DNA of 64,000 nt from Pseudomonadota bacterium (GTDB taxonomy: Bacteria > Bdellovibrionota_F > JAHFAK01 > JBDREC01). This document shows, piece by piece, positions 55,671 through 64,000 of the stretch. The position numbers and the translations under genes are program-made. The stretch spans positions 1 through 64,000 of the forward strand of contig JBDREC010000039.1 in the NCBI GenBank assembly GCA_043820105.1, given 5' to 3'. Positions within the stretch are counted from its first letter, which is position 1. Every line of letters begins with the position of its first letter. The notes beneath the pieces are model-generated. The model was not told where the DNA came from. It searched no databases and saw only the letters and a list, made by a program, of their open reading frames with translations.

Positions 55671-56801
55671 TTACTCGATTTCTAAATTTTTATGATAATT
55701 ATTAAGGTTTTCACATCCCTTGTTTTTTATATAAACGAGATCTTCAATTCTTACTCCACCAATATCTTCATAATAAAGGCCAGGTTCAATTGATGTTATG
55801 TTTCCCTTTTCTAAGCGAGGTCCATTGGCATTTATAATAGGTGTTTCGTGGATCTCAAGACCAATTCCATGCCCAGTTCCATGAAAAAAACCTTGATAAC
55901 GATCATTTATCATGCCTGTTTTAAAACCTTGAGAGTCAAAAAATGCAAGAATTTTTTCATGAAGCCTTTTACTTTCAAGACCATCATGAATTTGATCAAT
56001 GGCCATTTCTTGAGCATCTCTAACAGTTTGATGCATTTTTTTGAGCTCTTTTGAAGCTTTTCCTTTGACAAAGGTTCTAGTCATATCTCCGAAATAATTA
56101 TTAATAAACGATTTTGGAGCTATATCAAAAATGATTGTTTCATTTGCTTTTATTGGACCAGATCCCGAAAGATGAGGAAAGGTTGAGTCATTTCCACAAG
56201 CAACAATCATGTCTTCACAAAACATACCCTTTGAAAACAAGTGCCCATTAATAAGGGTTTTAAGCAGCTCACTTGTTACAATTTCACCTTCATAAAGTAT
56301 ATTGCCGTTCTCGATGCGTGAAGCTTTTAATAAATTTTCAGCTTTTAATAAAGCTTCCTCAATTATAGTTTGGTTTTCTTTTATAATGCATTTTTCAGCT
56401 TCTTTTTTTATTTTTCTTGCTTTAAAAAAGGGTATATCCTTATTTATTGTTATGCTAAAGCCATTTTCTTTTAGTGTGTTAAAGGTGCTTAAATTAAAGA
56501 TTTCAGGAATAATTAGATCTTTAATATTGTTATCCTTTAAAAAGGCCATAATAGCAAAAAGCTCAGGATCATGGCTTTGTTTTGTATTATATGATTCGAT
56601 TAAATTATTTATCACCAGTACTTCATCAACACTTGATTCTTTTTTTGCCCTTCCTTCCTCAATTGTCCTGGTTATATAATAAGATTTGCCATTAAAAGAT
56701 AAATATTCGCCAGGGATTTCTGTTAAAAAATTGGTCGCATAAAAAAGATCCGGGTCTTTTTTGGAGGAGCCAATTAGTAGTATTGCGGTGTTTGTAGTCA
56801 T
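55671..56801 (-). CDS. M24 Xaa-Pro aminopeptidase family
   Basis: FPHL, DIAP, GDMTRT, HGTGHGIGLEIHE, IEPGLY, GVRIED. Confidence 0.92.
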   Translation of the reverse strand: MTTNTAILLIGSSKKDPDLFYATNFLTEIPGEYLSFNGKSYYITRTIEEGRAKKESSVDEVLVINNLIESYNTKQSHDPELFAIMAFLKDNNIKDLIIPEIFNLSTFNTLKENGFSITINKDIPFFKARKIKKEAEKCIIKENQTIIEEALLKAENLLKASRIENGNILYEGEIVTSELLKTLINGHLFSKGMFCEDMIVACGNDSTFPHLSGSGPIKANETIIFDIAPKSFINNYFGDMTRTFVKGKASKELKKMHQTVRDAQEMAIDQIHDGLESKRLHEKILAFFDSQGFKTGMINDRYQGFFHGTGHGIGLEIHETPIINANGPRLEKGNITSIEPGLYYEDIGGVRIEDLVYIKNKGCENLNNYHKNLEIE

Positions 56802-56821
56802 CTATATTTTCTTTCTTTTCA

Positions 56822-56858
56822 TTAATTATTAATTGTTAATTGTTAACTATTAATTATT
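56822..56858. repeat. Heptamer tandem (TTAATTR)x5
   Basis: ttaatta ttaattg ttaattg ttaacta ttaatta. Confidence 0.6.
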
Positions 56859-56996
56859 TTTAAAACCTCTATTTAAGATTGCAGCGATTTTAACAAGATA
56901 TCCCTTTAAATAATCAATACACTTTATTTAAACAATTGACAACTATTTCTAATCTGTATAGGTAATTTTTTCAATTTCATTGTTTAAGGGTTTGTT

Positions 56997-57416
56997 TTGA
57001 TAGAATTAATTCCAAGCGAAATTTTGATTCAGTTTATTTTGTATTTTATTGTATATATAGTTATATCCAGGCTTGTATTTAAGCCAATACTTAGGATCAT
57101 TGACTCCAGAAGAAAGCTTATTGATGGAAACCTGGCTAAAGCAAAAGAACTTGAATCCAAAATTGATGAAAAAATTACTCTTTATGAAACTCAGATAACT
57201 AAAGCTCGAAAAGAAGCTGTATCAAGAAAATCTACTATTGCACAAGAAGGATACTCAATTCAATCTGAAAAAATAAATAAAGCAAAAGAGGAAGCAAAAA
57301 AAGAAATACTGGAATTTAACAATAAACTTGAACTTGAAATAAACAAGGCTTCAGAAGAAATTCAAAAAGAAGCCATTATGGTAGCTGAGATGCTGGAAAA
57401 CAAGCTGAATGTTTGA
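56997..57416 (+). CDS. ATP synthase F0 subunit b'
   Basis: N-terminal TM, FKPILRIIDSRR, coiled coil; first gene of the atp cluster. Confidence 0.85.
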   Translation: MIELIPSEILIQFILYFIVYIVISRLVFKPILRIIDSRRKLIDGNLAKAKELESKIDEKITLYETQITKARKEAVSRKSTIAQEGYSIQSEKINKAKEEAKKEILEFNNKLELEINKASEEIQKEAIMVAEMLENKLNV

Positions 57417-57469
57417 GAATGTTTTTTTTTGGCATGCGCACGTTAAAGGTTTAAGGATGATGAGAAAAA

Positions 57470-58039
57470 ATGAAAAATAGTAGCTTAAAAATTGTGATTT
57501 TATTTTTGCTAATCAATCCTATTCTTTTGTTTGCTTCAGTTAGCAATGAAGAACATGGATTTAATATTAAAGCATTTGTTTTTGCATTAATAAATTTCTC
57601 TATATTTGTTGGAGTAATTTTTTATTTTACTAAGAAAAAAATTATTCAAGGATTAAAAGATAGAAGCCTTAAAATCAAAAAAGAAATAGAAACAGCTACA
57701 AAACTTAAACAAGAAGCATTGGAAAAATTTGAAGAATATGATTCCAAGCTCAGTTATATTGAGACTGAAATTAATAAAATAAGCCAAGATTCTGAAAATG
57801 ATGGTCTGTTATTTAAAGAAAGGCTTGCTCAGGAAGGTGATAAAATAGCTAAAAAAATAATTTCAGATGTTGAAAGCTCCTGTGAAAACGAATTAGCAAA
57901 AGCAAAGCTTGCCATTAAAGCTGAAATTTTAAGACTAGCAGAGGCTAGTGTAATTGATAAAATGACCAAAGATTCTAAGGCTTCAGATGAAGACATAATG
58001 AATTTGCTAAATAAGGAGAAGCTCTTTGATAACAAATGA
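57470..58039 (+). CDS. atpF: ATP synthase F0 subunit b
   Basis: INFSIFVGVIFYF, LKDRSLKI, coiled coil. Confidence 0.85.
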   Translation: MKNSSLKIVILFLLINPILLFASVSNEEHGFNIKAFVFALINFSIFVGVIFYFTKKKIIQGLKDRSLKIKKEIETATKLKQEALEKFEEYDSKLSYIETEINKISQDSENDGLLFKERLAQEGDKIAKKIISDVESSCENELAKAKLAIKAEILRLAEASVIDKMTKDSKASDEDIMNLLNKEKLFDNK

Positions 58040-58565
58040 TATTGCCAGACGATATGCAAAGTCTTTATTTTTAATAGGGCAAGAAGATCAAACTTTTGAT
58101 ATGTTAAAAGAGCAACTTGTTGACCTTGAAGCAATATTTAATGATAATTCTGTTCTTTTGAAAACTCTTGATTCTCCGATTATCGAAAAAGAAGTTAAAA
58201 AAAATATTATTATAGATCTTTGTGATAGCATGAAGTTATCAGATGAAATGAAATCCCTTTTACTCTTACTTGAAAAAAACAAAAGAATAAGCTTTTTCTC
58301 TGATATTACACGGGGATTTTGCTCTATGATTGATGCCAAAGAAAATATTGAAAGAGTTACAATCTTATCAGCAAAAGAATTAAACCAAGCATTTAAAAAT
58401 AAAATAACTTCATATTTAGAAGAAAAATTAGGCAAAAAAGTTGTTAGCACCTTTTCAATAGATAAAAAATTAATTAGTGGTTTGAAAATTCAAATTGGGA
58501 CAAAGGAGCTTGATACATCTACCTTTGCTCAATTAAATCTTTTAAGAAAAAAAGTTATAAAATAA
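58026..58565 (+). CDS. atpH: ATP synthase delta subunit
   Basis: IARRYAKSLF, IDKKLISGLKIQIG. Confidence 0.9.
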   Translation: MITNDIARRYAKSLFLIGQEDQTFDMLKEQLVDLEAIFNDNSVLLKTLDSPIIEKEVKKNIIIDLCDSMKLSDEMKSLLLLLEKNKRISFFSDITRGFCSMIDAKENIERVTILSAKELNQAFKNKITSYLEEKLGKKVVSTFSIDKKLISGLKIQIGTKELDTSTFAQLNLLRKKVIK

Positions 58566-58583
58566 TTGTAATGGAGCCAAAAT

Positions 58584-60092
58584 ATGCAGATTAAAGTGGA
58601 TGAAATCTCTCAAATTATTAAGCAACAGATAAAAGATTTTGACAAGAAAGTTGTATTAAGCGAAACAGGTAGTATCGTAACAATTGGTGATGGTATTTGC
58701 AGAGTTTATGGTTTAGAAAATGCTATGTTTGGAGAACTTCTAGAATTTCCTGGGTCAACTTTTGGACTAGTTTTGAGCTTAGAAGAAAATAATGTTGGTG
58801 TTGCTATTATGGGCGACTCAATTCATATCAAAGAAGGTGATACTGTAAAGAGAACAGGAAAGATTATCCAAGTTCCAGTAGGTGAAGAGCTTTGCGGCAG
58901 GGTTGTTAATGCTCTTGGTCAACCAATTGATGGTTTATCAGAACTTAAAACAGATAATTATCGTCGGGTTGAACTTAAAGCTCCTGGAATTGTTGACAGA
59001 AAATCGGTTCATGAGCCACTTCAAACTGGGTTAAAATCTGTTGATTCTATGATTCCAATTGGAAGAGGCCAAAGGGAATTGATTATTGGTGATAGGCAAA
59101 TCGGCAAAACCGCAATTGCTATTGATACAATTATTAACCAGAAAAACACTGATGTTTATTGTATATATGTTGCTATTGGCCAAAAACAATCAACGGTAGC
59201 TAGTGTAGTTGACAAATTAAAATTCTACGGAGCAATGGAATACACCACAGTTGTTACCTCTAATGCCAACGATCCTGCTCCATTGCAGTTTATCGCTCCG
59301 TATACCGGTGCTACAATGGGCGAATATTTTAGAGACAATGGAAAGCATGCTTTAGTTATCTATGATGATTTATCAAAGCACGCGGTTGCTTATAGACAAC
59401 TATCATTGCTTTTAAGAAGACCACCAGGGCGAGAAGCTTATCCTGGTGATGTTTTTTATCTGCACTCACGCTTATTAGAAAGAGCAGCAAAGATGAGTGA
59501 TGAAAGAGGAGGTGGATCCTTAACAGCTCTTCCTATTATTGAAACTCAAGCCGGTGATGTTACAGCATATATTCCAACTAACGTAATCTCTATTACTGAT
59601 GGTCAGATTTATCTTGAACCATCCCTTTTTTATTCCGGAATTAGGCCAGCAATTAATGCTGGAATTTCAGTATCACGTGTTGGGGGTAGCGCCCAGATTA
59701 AAGCCATGAAACAAGTTGCAGGATCTTTAAGGCTTGATTTGGCGCAGTTCAGAGAACAAGAAGCCTTTGCTCAATTCGGCAGTGACCTTGATCCTGTTAC
59801 TCAAAAACAACTCGAAAGAGGTCGAAGGCTTACTGAAATTTTAAAGCAAGGACAATATGTTCCATGTGCTGTTGAAAAACAAGTTGCTATAATTTACGCA
59901 GCTATTAATGGATATACAGATAAGGTTGCTGTTGAGAAAATAAAAACTTATGAGCAAGATCTTTTAGAATTTCTTGAAAATAAGCATAAAAATATTCTTG
60001 ATGAGATTACAGAAAAGAAAGTCTTGGATGATGATCTAAAGAAAAAGCTTAATTCAGCTCTCGAGGAATTTTCAAAGAAATTTAATGGATAA
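58584..60092 (+). CDS. atpA: ATP synthase alpha subunit
   Basis: [31 protein letters not shown]. Confidence 0.98.
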   Translation: MQIKVDEISQIIKQQIKDFDKKVVLSETGSIVTIGDGICRVYGLENAMFGELLEFPGSTFGLVLSLEENNVGVAIMGDSIHIKEGDTVKRTGKIIQVPVGEELCGRVVNALGQPIDGLSELKTDNYRRVELKAPGIVDRKSVHEPLQTGLKSVDSMIPIGRGQRELIIGDRQIGKTAIAIDTIINQKNTDVYCIYVAIGQKQSTVASVVDKLKFYGAMEYTTVVTSNANDPAPLQFIAPYTGATMGEYFRDNGKHALVIYDDLSKHAVAYRQLSLLLRRPPGREAYPGDVFYLHSRLLERAAKMSDERGGGSLTALPIIETQAGDVTAYIPTNVISITDGQIYLEPSLFYSGIRPAINAGISVSRVGGSAQIKAMKQVAGSLRLDLAQFREQEAFAQFGSDLDPVTQKQLERGRRLTEILKQGQYVPCAVEKQVAIIYAAINGYTDKVAVEKIKTYEQDLLEFLENKHKNILDEITEKKVLDDDLKKKLNSALEEFSKKFNG

Positions 60093-60106
60093 TAAAGAAT
60101 AAAATT

Positions 60107-60973
60107 ATGGCGAATCTTAGAGATATAAAAAATAGAATTGTTAGCGTAAAAAAGAGTGAAAAAACTACTCGCGCCATGAAAATGGTATCAGCTGCAAAAC
60201 TTCGAAAAACGCAGGAAAGGCTAGATAGATTTGCTCATTATGCTGATGCTTATGAAGGCAGCAAGAATAGTCTTATGAGAAGAATTGGCCTTGATTTCAG
60301 ATCAATCTTTTTTGACAAAAGAAATGTGAAATCTGAGGCTGTCATTCTTTTAACCTCTGACAAAGGTTTATGCGGTAGCTATAATTCAAATTTAATTAAA
60401 AAATTTGATGACTATATTTCTTCTAATCATGCTGTTGCAAAAAGATTGATTTATACAATAGGAACAAAGGGTTTTGATTTCTTTAAAAAAAGATTAGAAA
60501 TTAATGAAAATTATGAAAAAGCTTCTTTTTCAAGCATCCCAGAGATTCTAAAATTATCAAATAAATTAAAAGACTTGTTTTTAAGTAAGGAAATTGATCA
60601 GGTTGTTTTTATTTTCAATAACCTTATTTCAAAATCCCGCTCAGAAATAGCCTTAAAAACTCTTTTACCTGTTATTATAGAAGAAGATGAAACAAAAGAT
60701 ACAGCCAAATTTGCTGTGGATTATATTTACGAGCCTTCAAAGGCTGAATTAGTAGATAATTATTTTTCAAAATATGTTGATGTGCAATTTGAAAGATTTA
60801 TTTATGCATCAATGGCTTCAGAGAATTTAGCAAGAATGACCGCGATGTCCATTGCATCTAAGAATTGCGAAGAATTGATTGGCGCATTAACATTACAATA
60901 TAATAAAGCAAGACAAGCTTCCATTACAAAAGAACTTCTGGAAATTATCGGAAGTGCTGAGGCGATGAGGTGA
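60107..60973 (+). CDS. atpG: ATP synthase gamma subunit
   Basis: AMKMVSAAK, SDKGLCG, YNKARQASITKEL. Confidence 0.96.
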   Translation: MANLRDIKNRIVSVKKSEKTTRAMKMVSAAKLRKTQERLDRFAHYADAYEGSKNSLMRRIGLDFRSIFFDKRNVKSEAVILLTSDKGLCGSYNSNLIKKFDDYISSNHAVAKRLIYTIGTKGFDFFKKRLEINENYEKASFSSIPEILKLSNKLKDLFLSKEIDQVVFIFNNLISKSRSEIALKTLLPVIIEEDETKDTAKFAVDYIYEPSKAELVDNYFSKYVDVQFERFIYASMASENLARMTAMSIASKNCEELIGALTLQYNKARQASITKELLEIIGSAEAMR

Positions 60974-60986
60974 GGAGTGGTTTTTG

Positions 60987-61057
60987 GTATTCAGTATTTA
61001 GTATTCGGTATTCAGTTTTTATAACTCACTGAATACTAAATACAGAATACTGCATAC
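60987..61057. repeat. Inverted heptamer arrays (GTATTCA)n / (GAATACT)n
   Basis: Four plus four units between atpG and atpD. Confidence 0.88.
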
Positions 61058-61086
61058 AAATTTAAGAATAATTTTGTTTTAATTAA

Positions 61087-62505
<1,419 letters not shown>

Positions 62506-62508
62506 ACC

Positions 62509-62901
62509 ATGCTTTTAAAAATTGTAACTTCTGAAAAACTTATATTTGAAGGTGAGGTAAAAGAGCTTTCAATATCAACTGACCTAGGGCAAGTTACTAT
62601 CTTAAAAGACCACTTACCACTTTTTGCTAAACTAAAACCATCAATTCTATCTTTTGTTGAGCATAATAAAACTTCTAAAATTGTTGTAAACACTGGATTT
62701 CTTGAGATGGAAAATAACCAGATAAATATTATGACTTCACAAGTAGTTTCAGAAGAAGACGAAATCGATTCAGCTAGCAATCAAAATGAACTTAAAAATA
62801 TTTATAATACGCTTGGTAATGAAGGATATTCCAATGATAATATTGAGGAGCTGCTTGCGTTGAAAGATTATTTGGAAGCTATAATTGAATTGAAGAGTTA
62901 A
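62509..62901 (+). CDS. atpC: ATP synthase epsilon subunit
   Basis: LKIVTSEK, GQVTILKDHLPL, GFLEM; follows atpD. Confidence 0.88.
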   Translation: MLLKIVTSEKLIFEGEVKELSISTDLGQVTILKDHLPLFAKLKPSILSFVEHNKTSKIVVNTGFLEMENNQINIMTSQVVSEEDEIDSASNQNELKNIYNTLGNEGYSNDNIEELLALKDYLEAIIELKS

Positions 62902-62903
62902 TT

Positions 62904-63479
62904 TTATTGTCTTTTCTTAACCTGTATCTTTAATTTCCCATCTTCAACATGCACATTATATTTAACCCCTTGATTTTTAAATTTTTTCTCGAGATCAATT
63001 ACCTTGTGCCTTAAAGCCTGATCGAATTTAACAAAATCAAGATTATCAATGTTTTGCCCCTTTGCGAGGCGGTGGTTAACAATATCATTGTAAAGCTTCA
63101 TCGCATGTTTTTTATCTCTAACATTGTAACCTTCACGGGATCGTCTTTTTTCTTCAAGCAAGGCCTGTTCTTGCTGTTTTTGTCTAAAAAGCTCTCTTTT
63201 ATAGGTTCCATCAAGAATTTGTTTTTGAATTTTATCCCAGTGTGTTTTGAAGGTTAGATACTTTGCTTTTATCATTCTTAGTTTAAACTTTAGGGAGGTG
63301 CTTTGAAAGTAAATATTGTCAATGCGCCGAAACTCTCTTTCAATTCTATCTCGTTCTTCTAGGGGTTCTCTAAATTCAAGACCAATAAAATATTTTTCAT
63401 AACTTATTTTAAGGCCACCTATTGCTTCTTCAAGCCTAATAATATCTTTTTCAATTGCTTTTTTATCTGTTAGTGCCAT
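62904..63479 (-). CDS. MXAN_5187 C-terminal-domain-like protein
   Basis: LKISYEKYFIGLEFREP, WDKIQKQILDGTYKR, VHVEDGKLKI match this deltaproteobacterial family as recalled. Confidence 0.7.
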   Translation of the reverse strand: MALTDKKAIEKDIIRLEEAIGGLKISYEKYFIGLEFREPLEERDRIEREFRRIDNIYFQSTSLKFKLRMIKAKYLTFKTHWDKIQKQILDGTYKRELFRQKQQEQALLEEKRRSREGYNVRDKKHAMKLYNDIVNHRLAKGQNIDNLDFVKFDQALRHKVIDLEKKFKNQGVKYNVHVEDGKLKIQVKKRQ

Positions 63480-63568
63480 GGGGTAAATATTATAAAATGT
63501 TAGGATAAAAGCAAGATAAAATGATAATGGCGAGGTAAGAAGTGGTTTTTATTAATTCGACTACTTCA

Positions 63569-64000
63569 TTAATTGCTTTGTAGGTCCACTACATAGCCAA
63601 GTGGTGAATAATCAATTGCTGAATCCACCATACCAATTACCGCTCTTGTAAGTTCAGAATCAAAGTCACCAGTGTGCTGTGAGCCGTCAGCTTCGGTTAC
63701 TTTTCCTTGGCCCTGTGGCACACCACTTACAAAGGTGCCTGTCCATTGTGAGCCATCATTAAGTGTTATTGTTCCCTGGCCGTTTGGTTTGTCATCTTTG
63801 AATTGTCCTTTGTATTTTCGGCCTTCTACTAGGGTAGCTGATCCAAAACCATTGGCTCTACCATCTCTAAATTCTCCTTGATATTGTCGACCATCGCCAT
63901 ATGTCAAGGTTCCTTGTCCGTGGTAAGTTCCATTCGCAAAATCTCCAGAATAAGTAAATTCTTTAACCTTAAGAACACCTTTGCCGTGTTGCTTGCCATC
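63569..64000 (-). CDS. MORN-repeat protein (5' part outside the window)
   Basis: Repeated YxGxFxxGxxxGxG units; the frame stays open to the window edge. Confidence 0.85.
   Translation of the reverse strand, partial: DGKQHGKGVLKVKEFTYSGDFANGTYHGQGTLTYGDGRQYQGEFRDGRANGFGSATLVEGRKYKGQFKDDKPNGQGTITLNDGSQWTGTFVSGVPQGQGKVTEADGSQHTGDFDSELTRAVIGMVDSAIDYSPLGYVVDLQSN

Overview
AT-rich bacterial chromosome segment with deltaproteobacterial-type (Bdellovibrionota/Myxococcota-like) gene content. The evidence for this is an atpF'FHAGDC cluster without atpBE, DUF4416-yicC-gmk, alr-mlaEFD-tpiA-secG-tRNA-Leu, a MXAN_5187-type domain, a DgcB-like FHA-GGDEF protein and RCC1 lipoproteins; the taxonomy is inferred. 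Housekeeping blocks (ppiD, rsmG, pyrRBC, pit, mla, leuCD, gmk, atp, two tRNAs) alternate with orphan exported-protein genes. Four patterns not explained by the ORF track stand out. (1) Next to a REP-associated tyrosine transposase (RAYT), a type IV pilin gene sits between two repeats A and B, and the same A|B pair recurs 1.7 kb downstream directly abutted with no pilin, like a filled and an empty site. A CAAGACGA motif family brackets the RAYT and marks boundaries of other accessory genes. (2) Nine sigma54-type -24/-12 promoters are present, eight in front of genes for predicted exported proteins, lipoproteins or proteases and one in front of the RAYT. (3) Many intergenic gaps carry degenerate 6-8 bp tandem arrays, often as inverted pairs, which supply stop codons and in one case bracket a whole gene. 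(4) There are several in-frame deletion remnants: a mini-RtcB, a transposase/ATPase chimera and a terpene-cyclase fragment. All product calls come from motif recognition by eye; no database searches were run.
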